From NCBI GenBank assembly GCA_054600435.1, contig BAAIJX010000019.1, positions 62,001 to 126,000 of the forward strand: a DNA stretch of 64,000 bases, given 5' to 3'. The DNA comes from Neophaeotheca triangularis. Its lineage: Eukaryota. The notes beneath the pieces were generated by a model. It ran no database searches. It was not told the DNA's origin and worked only from the letters and a program-made list of their open reading frames with translations. Shown piece by piece: positions 1 through 12,280 of this stretch; within the stretch, counting starts at the first letter, position 1, and each line of letters opens with the position of its first letter. Made by a program: the position numbers and the translations under genes.

Positions 1-2
1 TC

Positions 3-143
3 CTTCCCAAGGCCGTCAAAGCCGCTCACGAAGCGCAAGTGGAGAAGCAAAAGACAAAGCCCAAGCGTGAAATCGATCCCATTAGGCTCAAGGATTGGAA
101 ACCGCCCGTTTTCACGGCGAGTAGCAGAACGTGGAATTGGTAA
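3..143 (+). CDS. Possible 3' end of a gene entering from the left edge ([46 protein letters not shown])
   Basis: Open frame from the window edge to TAA at 141-143 with protein-like composition; no family recognised. Confidence 0.3.
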   Translation, partial: LPKAVKAAHEAQVEKQKTKPKREIDPIRLKDWKPPVFTASSRTWNW

Positions 144-1284
144 GCGGGGGATGCAGTTTTCGTTGCCATGGGACGCGGGAAGGATCTGCGGTATGAAACT
201 CCTTTTTTTACGTAGGCGTTTCGCTTCAGGAAGCATTTGGCGTTGAGGTTGGAGAGTGATAGATACCCCTTACCGGGCCTAGCGGAGGGTGTCGCCCCCG
301 CGCCTGTTTATCAATTGGTCAAGCTACCGTTCCTCTCCCAAATGTCTCCAGGCTGTAGCCGAGAAGGATCACTACGGACTTCCCCTCTCCTCTACGGGAC
401 CAGTGGAGCCGTAAAACACTCGGGATCTACAGCAGCACGTGCGACTTGGAAACCTTCCCCCGTTGCTGACAGAGTATTGCCACACAACAAGCGAGCTCCC
501 GAACGTCAGGAAGCTCTCACCCCTCCCTGCTATTGGTCCAAGTAGTTTCGACAGGCGTCGCCGACTCCCGGCTGGCTCTCAATTCCATCGGTTCTATCCA
601 ACTAACAAGGTTAAAGTATCTCTCTGACTTGACTGACTCGAGCGAAGCGGACTCCACTCGACACTCGTCCCTCGACCGGCCTCGAACGAGGGACTTGGCT
701 TTGGAGGAACGCGGGACGAAGGTAGGGTCAAGCAAACGGACAAGGGCAGCTAGCCGGTAGCTAAGCCGTATAGCTAGTGGTCAAGGTAATAAGGCGCCCG
801 TACTTACTATACGTGGAAAATATAGGCCGGCTCGCTGCGACGGGACATGTTGGGCCGAGGGCACGGCTTGAGCTGGGTAGTGGGCCCTGGGCCCTAATGG
901 TACTATACGACTCGATGCTCTAGAAGGGTCCTAAAGGCCCTCTACTCGTGGTCTACTCGTGGTCCTCTCGCACGCTCGTGTCGACCCCGGGTTTTGACTG
1001 GGTCTCCGTTGTGGGATGGCATGTGGAGGAGGCGGGGAAGCTTAAATTTGGACTAGCAGGGCTGGTCACGGCTGGTGTCGAAGCCAATGGTCGGGCAATG
1101 ATGCCGGACGTACTACATACCTTGGTAGTATAGTACCTCACTAGCTACCTAAGTAGTGGTAGTACGCGACCACACCTGACGCCGCATCACTGCATCAAGC
1201 TTGAAACATCGGAGATGGCTATTGGAGACATATAACCTTGGAAGTTTGGCATGTCCGCTAAGCTCAATATGGTGCGGCGTGTAG

Positions 1285-1320
<36 letters not shown>
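1285..1320. repeat. (GTA)n microsatellite upstream of the sugar transporter
   Basis: About 12 perfect GTA units. Confidence 0.95.
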
Positions 1321-1321
<1 letters not shown>

Positions 1322-1331
1322 GAGGTAAAGA

Positions 1332-1337
1332 TATAAA
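1332..1337 (+). promoter_or_regulatory. Putative TATA box of the MFS transporter
   Basis: TATAAA about 130 bp upstream of ATG 1468, followed by a CT-rich leader. Confidence 0.5.
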
Positions 1338-1467
1338 TGCATATGCCCACCCCAGCCTCGCGCCCGCATACACCTCCCACTCGTCGCCCGCCTGGTGCTT
1401 CTTCGCATCGATTTCTCTATCCTCCCACCGCCATTGCTCGCCTGTACTCAGGTAGCCTTCCGTCACA

Positions 1468-3326
1468 ATGAGCCACGCCGGCGTCAACCCAGAGGTCAAG
1501 GCCCATGTCGACACCAACGAGCACACATACGATATCGACGAGAAGACCCGAGTGGCCGACATCAAGGCCGATGCCATCGAGGCTGAGAATGCTGAGCACA
1601 GACTCGGCGTGATCGATGCCGTCAAGGCCTACCCTATGGCCTCGCTCTGGGCCTTCATCATGTCCTGCACCATCGTAAGCTTTGGCTGTTCTTTGTGTCT
1701 TTGTGTCTCGTGTTGCTGACGAGCATCGATTCAGATCATGGAGTCGTACTGCGTCTTTTTAATGGGCGCTTTCGTCGCTCTTCCTGCCTTCGAGGATGAT
1801 TTCGGTATTTTCCACGAGGGCGACCAACGAATGGTCATCGAAACAAAATGGCAGTCTGCCCTCCAAATGGGCGGACCCGTCGGCGCAATCATAGGCGTCG
1901 TCCTGTCCGGACCGCTCACGAGTCGCATCGGATACCGATGGTCTGTCATTGTCGCTCTCATGGCCCTGAACGCCTTCATTTTTGTCTTTTACTTTGCCAA
2001 CTCACTGCCAGTTATGCTGGCATCTCAGCTCCTTGAGGGTATCCCGTGGGGTATCTTCATTGCAAACGCTCCCGCGTACTGCAGCGAGATTGTGCCAATC
2101 CCGTTGAGAGCCCCAGCCACTCAAATGTTGCAAATGTTCTGGGCCATTGGGGCCATCATCGTCGGCGGTGTCTGCTATTACTACGAGCCCTTCGATGACG
2201 AAACCGCATATAGGTATGTTCTAACGCGTCTTGTAGGAAGGAAGCTTGAAACTCTACTCACACATATGGACTAGGATCCCCATCGCACTCCAATGGATGT
2301 TTCCCACTCCTCTCGCTATCCTGATCTGGATGGCTCCCGAGTCACCCTGGTGGTTAGTGCGCAAAGGCAAGCTCGAGCGAGCCGCAAAAGCAGTCGGTCG
2401 GCTAGGACAAAAGCAAGCGGTCCAGGCTAATCTCGAGAGTGTTGCCATGATGCGCCGCACTATTGAGCTCGAAAAGGACATTAGGGAGCCTAATTTGCTG
2501 GAATTGTGGAAGGGTACCGATCGCTACCGCACGCTGATAGTGTGTGGTGTCTACGCGGCTCAGAACTTGACTGGTAATCTCATTGCCAACCAAGCCGTCT
2601 ACTTCTTCAGGCGTAAGTCATCTCCGTCCCATCCCCTCCGCCATGTCGCTCCAAGTGATCACTCACGCTGACTCGACCCGCGCAGAGGCTGGCATCGAAC
2701 CAAACCTCGCCTTCGCCCTTGGCCTCATCACTTCCGCCCTCCAGTGTGTCTTTGTCATGCTCTCCTGGATCCTTACCACGTACTTTGGCCGCCGCGACAT
2801 CTACGTATGGGGTTCCGCTGCAAACACCCTCCTGCTAGTATGTCTGGGCATTGCGGCCTCGTTCGGCGTATCGGATGCCGCCTCGCTAGCGCAAGCCTCT
2901 CTTGGTCTCATTGTCTCCGTCCTCTTCACCCTCGGCCCTGCCCCGGCTTCCTGGGTCATCATCGGCGAGACTTCCTCCATCCGCCTCAGGCCCTTGACCA
3001 CCGGCATCGGCCGTGGCTGCTACTACATCGTCAACATCCCCTGCATCTTCCTCGCGAGCTACATGCTCAACCCTACGGTGTGTCCCAAGCATTTCCCCTC
3101 GCTGTCTCTACCACACTGACTAAACAAATCTCCACAGGGCGGTAATCTTGGAGGCAAGAGCGGCTACGTCTGGGCCGGAACCGGCCTCTGCTGTCTCATC
3201 GCGGCCTTCATCTGGCTGCCGGAGATGAAAGGCCGTTCGTACCGCGAAATCGACATCATGTTCAAGCGCCGGATCCCCGCGCGCAAATGGAAGAAGACCG
3301 TCATCGACGTCCAAGACGACGAGTAG
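1468..3326 (+). CDS. MFS sugar porter, maltose/alpha-glucoside permease family; exons 1468-1674, 1735-2213, 2275-2612, 2686-3077, 3138-3326
   Basis: Four in-frame GT-AG introns; motifs AYCSEIVP, PESPWWLVRKG, GRR, GETSSIRLR and LPEMKGRSYREID typical of fungal MAL/AGT-like permeases. Confidence 0.92.
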
Positions 3327-4265
3327 GCCTCGAGTCTGGCAAGGCTGCTCAAGATTCCCGTGTATACCGTTCACCGCGAAGCACCAACCGAGCTAAGAGT
3401 ACGTTTGGACATTAGACCACGTAGCTCTTCAAAACCCAGTGCCGAAGAAATCTCGCCCCGCGTCATAACATCCAATAACGGAGCTATCGAAAGAAGCGCC
3501 CTTAGCCCGGCGACCGTCAACGCACGTTGAACGCAGCCTTCCAAGCGCACTTCTCACGATGTGCATCGAGATGATCTAGTAAAAGCCATCGATTCGTCGT
3601 CGTAGTAACACCTACCTAGCAAGCGTTATAGTACCACTCGGTCAGCTTCGACCTGTAGAACGAAACGCACCGTGTCGTGCCATTGAATCACTCCCAAGTT
3701 CAGAACCTACTCTATCATCTTTTTTACTAATGTGTTCTTGGCAGTACGTAGAATACCTGGGTTCTTGTAGCGCACTGGTAAGACGATGGAGTTATGATAT
3801 ACTTATGAATATAAATTAGTGAGGATATAGGACTAGGGTAACGAGCTGCTATTGAGATATTCAATACCTAAAGCAATTTTATGTTAGGTACACCCATGTT
3901 GGTTTTTACGCTGAGTAGCAGCTACTGAGCTAGGCTTCTAGTAGGTAGAAATCCGTACTATTTCTATAGACTGTGACTATCTTAGGGCACATAAAGCCAA
4001 AGTCATCTATAGTAACGTAGGTATTGAAAGGGTGACGTATAGCACAAAACGGCATATTTTAACTAATTACTACCCTAAACAAAAGTAAAACGTGCAAAAG
4101 CAGTGCAGCAAGACCGGGCAACGGACAGCGATGAGTGGCTCGAAATGAACGCATTTCACTCCTTCCCATCGCTGCCCGCCGCACTGGCTCGCAGATAACG
4201 CCGGAAAACCATTCCAATAGACGTAGCAAAATGCTAGTAACCGCTTTCGCGACAAGACGAGCTTC

Positions 4266-7200
4266 TTACAAGAAAAGCGCGGCGACAACCGGGGCGATCA
4301 ACAGACTGAAGTAGCCGTAAGCCGCCTTGTTGTTGCAAGCGGCTCCTTCAGTTGGCTGCTCTGTCTCCTGAGCTTGCGATCTGGTCGGCTTTTCCTTCTT
4401 TTCGGTAGAGCTTGCTTTGGTGCTCTCGCTGGCGGAAGCGCTGTCGACCTGGGTGGCAGGCGTCGTTTCGGGAGGAGAGACTGGCTTAGTGGCGCTGACC
4501 GTCGTGTTCAAGGTGAGCGAGGAGACCTCGGTGACTTGCTTGGTGAAAGTGGTATCCGTAGGGCTAGAATTAGACATGGTGTAAACGGAAGCCTCGGGCA
4601 TGCTCGGTGTCGCGGAAGGAACGCTCGTGAAGGGTGTGGCCGTTGACACGCTCTCTGGCTCGGAGAAAGAGGCTGTGTAGGTGGGAATCGACTCCGAGGA
4701 AGCGGTTGGGGTGGATGCGCTGCCCTTGACCGGTGTAGATTGCTCTGGAACGTCTTTGGTGACACTCTCTTGCTCGTACTGGGTAGTCGTCTGGCCAACC
4801 TTGATAGTCGATGTGGTAGTAGCAGCCGAGGCTGGAGCAGAAGTAGTGGGAACGCTCTCGACGGGCTTGCTCTCGATAGGCTTGCTCTTCACGGGCGTGC
4901 TCTCGACGGGCATGCTCTCGAGTGATGTACTCATCACGATTGTGCTCTCGACTGGCTTGCTTTCGATAGGTGTGCTCACCACGATAGTGCTTTCGACGGG
5001 CTTGCTCTCGATTGGCTTGCTTTCGACAGGCGTGTTTACCACTGGCGTGCTCTGGAATGGCTTGCTTTCGACAGGCTTGCTTTCGACAGGCGTGTTCACC
5101 ACTGGCGTGCTCTGGATTGGCTCGCTTTCGACAGGCGTGTTCACCACTGGCGTGCTCTGGAATGGCTTGCTTTCGACGGGCTTGCTTTCGACAGGCTTGC
5201 TTTCGACGGGCTTGCTTTCGACAGGCTTGCTTTCGACAGGCGTGTTCACCACTGGCGTGCTCTGGATTGGCTTGCTTTCGACGGGCTGGCTTTTGACAGG
5301 CTTGCTTTCGACAGGCGTGTTCATCACTGGCGTGCTCTGAATTGGCTTGCTTTCGACGGGCTGGCTTTTGACAGGCGTGCTCTGGGCTGGCGTGCTTTGG
5401 ACTGGCTTGCTTTCGCTTTGGACTGGCTTGCTTTGGACTGGCTGGCTTTCGACAGGCGTGCTTTCGACAGGCGTGCTTTCGACAGGCGTGCTCATTACCA
5501 TGGTGCTCTCAACTGGCTCGCTCACAGTAGGGTAGCTCTCGACAGGCTTGCTTTGGGCAGGCATACTCTCGATAGTCATACTTCCGACTGGCGTCGACTG
5601 CAACGGAACATCTCCAGTGGTCGTGGTTTCGTGGTATCTAGTCTCAGTAGTTTTCAAGGTAGTCTTGATGGTGGAAGTAGTCGCTCCATTGGAAGACCCT
5701 GGGGCCGAGTCGGTGGACTGCGAAGCGGTTTTCGTAGACTTGGTCATAGAGCCCATCATAGTAGCGCTAGTGATAGAAGACATGGAGCTGACAGGGATGG
5801 TGTAGGTATCGCAAGTCGTGCTCACGATGACCGAAGTTTGCGGCGAAGTGACGCAGACTGGGCAAGTGGTGTCCACGACAGTTGAGCTAACGGCCGAGGT
5901 GATGGTGATGTAGCTTGGCTGGTGGTTGGTGATGCTGTTACCAGGCATGGAATTAACGGGAGTGCTCTCCACAGGGACAGAGCTGATAACACCGCCGGAT
6001 GGCATAGAGGTGATGGGAATCGACTCCCCAGGTGCCGAAGTGATTGACAAGGAGTTGGTAGGAGTGAATTCCACGAGAGCAGAGGTAGTCGTGCTGTTCA
6101 CAGGTACGGAAGCAACAGGAGTGCTCCCGACCGACATGGAGCTCGCCAGAGTTGTGTGATCATCGCTGGGGCTGCTGACTGACGTCGATACTACAGGTTC
6201 GTGGACGACAGGTCCAGTGCTGGCCGGAATTGTGTATGTATCGCATGTCGTGCTGAGGAAGACTGAAGTTTGAGGCGCGGTCACGCAGACTTCGCAATCA
6301 GTGTCGACAATTGTAGAGCGGATCGTCGAAGTGATCGTCGTGAGTGCTGGGGGTACACTGATGTAGCTTGAAGTGATCGGGTGAACGATCGTCGATTCAA
6401 TGCTGCTGTAGTCTACGTAGGTTGTACGGGTCGTGGTTAAAGAAGTTACCAGCGTGATGGTTGTGGTAGGTCTGTTGCTGCTCTGGAAAGGCAAAGTCTG
6501 AGATCTCATGGGTTGGCTAGGTACGCTCTGTGTTGGAGTAACCAGAGAGGGCACGCTCTGCATTGGGATGCTCGGGCTACTGGTGTACGGGGTCATGGTG
6601 ATGTCGCACTCCGAATCCGTTGTCGCGCAATCATGAAAAGTGAAGCTCCTGTACACCGGAACGGAAGTCGTCTCGATGACCTCGGAGGAGCAGTAAGGCT
6701 GGTCGACTTCTTGGCTCGAGCAAGGCACCTCGGTGGAGTACGTGCTAGACGCCCAGTAGGTTGAGACGCTCATAGTTGGTGTGGACTGCGATTGGGTCGC
6801 CTCGGCAGAGGTGTATGGGTACATCGTCATGTCGCATTCGGTCTCTCCGTTTGAGCATCCGGTGAAGGTGAAAGTCTTCACAACAGGGACGGAGGTAGTC
6901 TCATAGGCCACCGAGCAGGACTCGGTCTCCTGAGTAGCGCAAGGCTCCGTCGAGGTATAGACAGTCGGCGTGTACTCAGTGCTCCAAATTTGAGTTGGAC
7001 GGGGGCTCTTAATACCTGGGCAACTGACCACTGGATAAGTGGAAACCTCAATTTGCTGAGTGGAAGTCTCAGAATCAGTCGAGCAGGGCACGTAAGAGGT
7101 GTAGCGACTTGACGTATACCGCGTGTTGCAATCGTTAGATTCGAAACAGTCAACAACCGGACGGCTAGTCGTGTGCACGTATGTGCTATACGTCTCCGAA

Positions 7201-10200
7201 TCGGTCGGGCATGGCGTTGAGGTTGTGTAGTAGTCCGAAGTGTAATGGGTCTTGCAGCTCTCAGAAGCAGTCTTGCTTGGCTCTTGGCAACTGATAATGG
7301 GGATGCTGCTGGTATAAACCTCGGTCGGGCATGCCTTCGCGTCTGTTGGGCAAGACAATGAAGCCGTGCTGTAACTTGGAACATAGGAAGTGAAGCAGCC
7401 ATCCGGAGAGTCAGAGGTGGGAGTAGGGAAGAAGATAGTAGTGGACGCAGATGCGGACGGGATCGTCCGTGATGCCGGAGCGGTAGACGTGGTATGGCTG
7501 ATAGCAGGCACGCTAGAGTTGCCAAGAGCAGCGGTTGGAACGGAAGCCTGTGTTTGGGAGTCTGAGGCCTGCGCGCTTGAGGTGACGTTAGCGAACGGAG
7601 CATTGGTCACAATGGTGTCACTGGCGCCAATGGAAGTCGAAAGTTCTTCGAGGGTCGTAGCGTTGGATGCTGGAGGAACAGAGGTGGCATTCCCGACGGG
7701 AAGTTCGGTGACGGTAGGGTCATTGGCCACCCTGGTCGTGGAATCTTGCATTGAAGCCGTGTTGGAAGCCGCTGGGATGGAGGTAGCGTTGCCAAACGGC
7801 GGCTCAGTCATGGTAGAATCACTGGGACCAGTGATGTTCGTAAAAGATGACGCAGAGGCCGTCTCAACAGCCGTAAGGCGGGTCGTGATGTTGAAATCAA
7901 CACTCGTAGGAACAGATGCCGTGCAGTTCAACACCGCCATAGTGGAGGTATATGTCTGCACCGACCAGCTACCAGAGCAAGTGGAGCACGGAACAGAGGT
8001 ATAATACACGGCAGAAGTGAACGAGGGTGTGCACTCTTGAGACAAAATTGGGGCCGTTGGCTGCATGCTCTCTTGCGTCGGTCCCGTCCCGGTGGAGTTT
8101 CCGAAAGACGGGCTCACAGACCCGATAGGCATACCAGATGGAGCGCCAGTGCCAGATGTAATGGAACTTGATGTTGCAGGATCCTCAATAGCGGACGTAG
8201 CGTTGGCAAAGGGAGGCTGAATTGGCGCCGTGACATTGCCGGGAGCAGGGTCCGCAGATGCAGTAGCATTGCCAAATGGAGGCCCGGTAACGTCAGTAGG
8301 AGCAGCTGTCGACTCCGTAGGGTCCATGACAATTGAATTATTGTTGCCAGAGGTAATTACAGTCGGTTCAGCTGTAGCCTCAGGTAGACTCTCCAAGGGA
8401 TTTGTAGCATTGGTGAAAGGAGGTTGGATCAGCCCCGTGGCGTTGATGAAACCAGTCGGCACACCAGAAGGTACGGGGAAAACAGTCGTCAGGGTTGTGG
8501 AATCACCAGGGATAACGACGGTCGCCTCGGTTGCGTTGCCGAAGGGAGGCTGAACAGGCGCAGTAGTATTGGTAAGTCCACCGGGCACATCAGATGGCAC
8601 AGTATCGGGTAAAGCGGTGGTAAATGTCGTGACGCCTGGAATCGGGACGGCAGTCGTGATATTTTCGAAAGAAGACTGAGCAGGTTCTGTGACGTTTCTT
8701 ATATCGGTCGGCGCGTCAGAAATTACAGGAACCGGCAAAGTGGTAGTCAGCGTGCTAGACGGGCCTGGGATTATAACAACTGCATCCGTAGTATTCTCGA
8801 AAGGTGGTTGGAAGGAGTCAGTCGCATTGGGAAAGCCAGTCGGTGCACCGGAAGGCACGGAGAATGTGAAAGTGGTTGTCTCAGTCGCAGAGATCTCTGG
8901 AATTACAACAGTCGCCACGGGCCCAGTGGCGTTCGTAAAGGGCGGTGGGATGCCATCTTCGTTTCCAAGAGGGCTTCCTGTTCCAACCATGACCGGCGAG
9001 GTCTCGCTAGGTCCCTCGCTCGTAGTCGCTGGGAGGGTAACATTCTCAAAGGGATTGAAAGTCGTATCTGAAGGTACAGGAATGATCGCTGTAATGTCTC
9101 CGAAAGTGGTGGTGATGAAAGAGGGCGCAACATCGCTGCTAGTGTCGTTGAGGGTGACGGTGGGGAGCGGAACCTGGGTCGAGGGGTCGTCCACGGTGAT
9201 AGTGACGGTAACGTTCTCGAATGGAACAATGGTCGCCGTAGTGACCGGTGTCGGCGCCGTCGAATTCGCCAAAGACGAGGAGACGTCGATGCTGGCATTA
9301 CGGGTTGGCTCCGCAAGTACGACAGTGGTAGTCAACGGCTCCTCGCTGGGATTGTCGATCAACGTTACTGTAACAGTCTCCTCGGGATCTGCAAGGGCGG
9401 TGCTAGACTCATCACTGAGTGCGATAGTGGTCGTGTTGACTACTGCGGTAACTGTCTGGTTCATGGGCGCGGCTTCAGTGGTCATCGAAGCTGATTCGCC
9501 AACACTGAGAGTTGTGGTGCGATTCGAGGACGCCGTCATGGTCTGATTAGCGGGTGCTGTCATAGTGGAACTAGACTCGCCAACGCTGATGGTGATCGTC
9601 TCGTTTGCACTGGCAGTCATTGTCTGGTTGAGCGTGGCAGAGCTAAGAACGGTGGGTAAAACGTCATCGTCGGCGGTCACGGTGCTCGTGGCAGTGGAAG
9701 ATGGCAGTTCGATGATAGTTTGATTAGAGACTGCAGGGGCAGTAGCGGTCGAGGATGTCTCGCCAACAGTCATGGTCAGCGTCTCTTCTGCACTAGCTGA
9801 AGCAGTCACTGTCTGGTTGGCAACTGGCGCAGTCTGGGGGCCGTCGTCTGCAGTCACGGTGCTCGTGACAGATGCCTGTTCTTCGCCCATCACCTTAAAC
9901 GCGGAATCGGCACCGGGGCTAGAGACGAGCTCGGTGACATTGCCGTACAGGGTGCAGCCGGTACTGTCGGTGGTGACAGCCATGCAATCCGCGTTTAGGT
10001 CGCACTGGGCGGTACATTGCGAAAGAGGCACGAGGGGATCATTTGACGCTTGTCTGCGTACGTTCACGCCGGCCTGTAGTGGCGAGCCGATAAAAGCTTG
10101 GCCACAGAACACGGTGTAAGTCGAGCCTGCCATATCTGTGAAGTTCCGCCCATTGGATGCCGGGCAGAGTGGCGCTTCTGCTGGAGGCGAGCTCTGCGGA

Positions 10201-12280
10201 GGGCTCTCGGTAATGGTTGGCTTGACGGTCTCTTCTGTGCTTGTCGTCATAGACTGGTTAACGGCGATGGAAGTCCCATTGAGCGCGCCAGGAATCGATT
10301 GGGTCGAAAAGGTCTCTTTCTCACCCGTCGTAGTGCTCGTTGGCTCGGTAGTAATGATCATAGTCTGATTATTGAAAGCAGGACCAGTGGAAGTCGAAGA
10401 GCTCTCACCGGTGGTGAGAGTTATGGTTTCCTCGGCGCTAGTAGTCACAGTCTGGTTAGCAGCCGCTGGTAGCGAGAAGGTTGGGGACATTTCGCTTTCA
10501 ATCTCGGTGGCCGTGGCATCGCTCGTGGTCAAAACCACAGTTTCCTCGGCACCTGAGGTTTCAGTCTGGTTGTTAGCCCCTGGGAGCGAAAGGGTCGGGA
10601 ACACGTCGCTGCCGCTCTCAGTAGCTGTTGTTTCGCCCGTGGTGAGGGTGACAGCCTCAGAATTGGCAACTCCAGTCTGGTTGCTGGCACCCGGGAGCGG
10701 CAGAGTCGGGAACACGTTACCCTCGGTCATTGTGATGGGTTGACCAGCGGGTTCTGTGGTCATTGACTCGCCCGTCGTAAGGGTGATGGGGTCCTCCGCA
10801 CTCGCAGTTGCCGTCCTGTTGATTGCAGTAGATGTCTGGTTGAGCGACATGGTCGGGAAGACGTCGCTGTCGCCAGCAGTCACAGTCACAGTCGTATCAG
10901 CATCTCCCGTCGAAGTTCCATTGCTTACATCTGCCGACTTCGAAGCCGTCGAGGCGTTTTCGTCATCAAGCGCAGTTGTGGTGGCTTCAGCGCTTTGCGA
11001 AGTCATGGTCTTATTAAAGACTGTTGGGTCAGAAGCAGTCGAGGAAGGCTGCCCCTCGGTCACGGTGACGGTCATGTCGCCTTTTTGCGTAGCAGTCGAT
11101 GCCGTGGAAGAAGTTTCGGCATCAACTGCAGTTGTGGTGGCTTCAGCGCTTTGCGAAGTCATGGTCTCATTAAAGACTGTTGGGTCAGAAGCAGTCGAGG
11201 AAGGCTGCCCCTCGGTCACGGTGACGGTCATGTCGCCTTCCTGCGTAGCAGTCGATGCCGTGGAAGAAGTTTCGGCTTCAAGAGTGGTCCCATTGGCGAA
11301 CGGGATGTCCGTTGATCCACTCTTAGTCGCAGTCAGGTTGGCGTATGGGGCAATACTGGCTGTGAAAGAAGCTGAGGTGGTCGCTGCGCCCTCGGTCACA
11401 GTCACAGTGGCATCGGCTTCTTGGGTTCCGGTGGGCTCCTGAGCAGTCTGGGTGCTAGTGGCTTCGTCTTCGGTAGTGAACTCCTCGGCGCTTTGGGTAG
11501 AAGTGGCTTCGATCGACGCAGTCGAGGGGGAAGCAGTTTCGCCCAAAGTCGTGGTCACAGTTGCGTCAAAAGACTGAGTGGCCTTCGGCTCGTCGGAAGC
11601 AACCGAGGTAGCCTCAGCATCGGCCGTGGTTTCGTCGGCGTTTTGGCTGGTGGCCTCAACCGAAGCGGTCGAGGAAGCATCCGTTGAAGCAGTGTTCGCA
11701 GAGGATAGAGTAGCCTCGCTGGCTTCGGTACTGGCAGCATCGCTCCCAGAAGCAGTCTTGGTGCTAGAAGCAGGCTCCGAGCTGGAAAAAGCGTCACTAG
11801 AATCGGTGCTAGCTGCATCGCCTGGAGTTATAGTCTCAATGATGGAGGTCGAGGACATGTCTACAGTGGCGGAATCGACCTGTGAAGTCTCTTCGTCGGA
11901 AGTCGTTGCAGGGACGGCATCGGTAGTCTCCACGGATTCCGAGCTCGTGATTGCGGTGATCTCCGCGTCCGAGGAGGTGGTCGAAAGTGCATTGCTGGAA
12001 ACGTCGGACTCTGTCGCCGATGCCGTAGTATTGCCAGTGTTGGGGGTGAAAATGATGGCGCCAGCGGTAGGAGCGGGTGTCGAAGTAGTATCAATGGATT
12101 CTGCAACAGTCGTGGTCGTGGTGTCCTCCTCGGCCTGGCGAGGCAAGATCGGCCACCATGCTGCTGCCTTGTTAGTCCTCGAGCTTTTGGTTTTGTAGCG
12201 CCGGGAGGACACTTACGTCGTGCTGCTACGCCGTTGACGGCGGAAGCGAGAGCCGTGAAGGCGACGAGAGAGGCCTTCAT
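4266..12280 (-). CDS. Giant (~2650 aa) Ser/Thr/Pro-rich mucin/adhesin-like cell-surface protein, probably GPI-anchored; exons 12280-12217 and 12163-4266
   Basis: Signal peptide MKASLVAFTALASAVNG joined in frame by a 53-nt intron (GTAAGT...CTAAC...CAG) to a 7.9-kb ORF; many N-X-T/S sequons; internal repeats; hydrophobic C-terminal tail (YGYFSLLIAPVVAALFL*). Confidence 0.85.
4850..5560 (-). repeat. Coding minisatellite with a 15-bp unit encoding PVESK/PVQST/PVVNT pentapeptides
   Basis: Many copies of GGCTTGCTTTCGACA-like units on the + strand. Confidence 0.9.
10973..11280 (-). repeat. 156-bp (52-aa) tandem duplication inside the surface-protein gene
   Basis: CAGTTGTGGTGGCTTCAGCGCTTTGCGAAGTCATGGTC recurs at 10973 and 11129; the peptide ...ATQ(E/K)GDMTVTVTEGQPSSTASDPTVFN(E/K)TMTSQSAEATTTA occurs twice. 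Confidence 0.9.

Noticed and set aside
4374..12198. Many + strand ORFs of 60-285 aa (Val/Leu/Ser/Gly-rich)
   Set aside because: Antisense shadows of the repetitive Thr/Ser-rich gene on the - strand.
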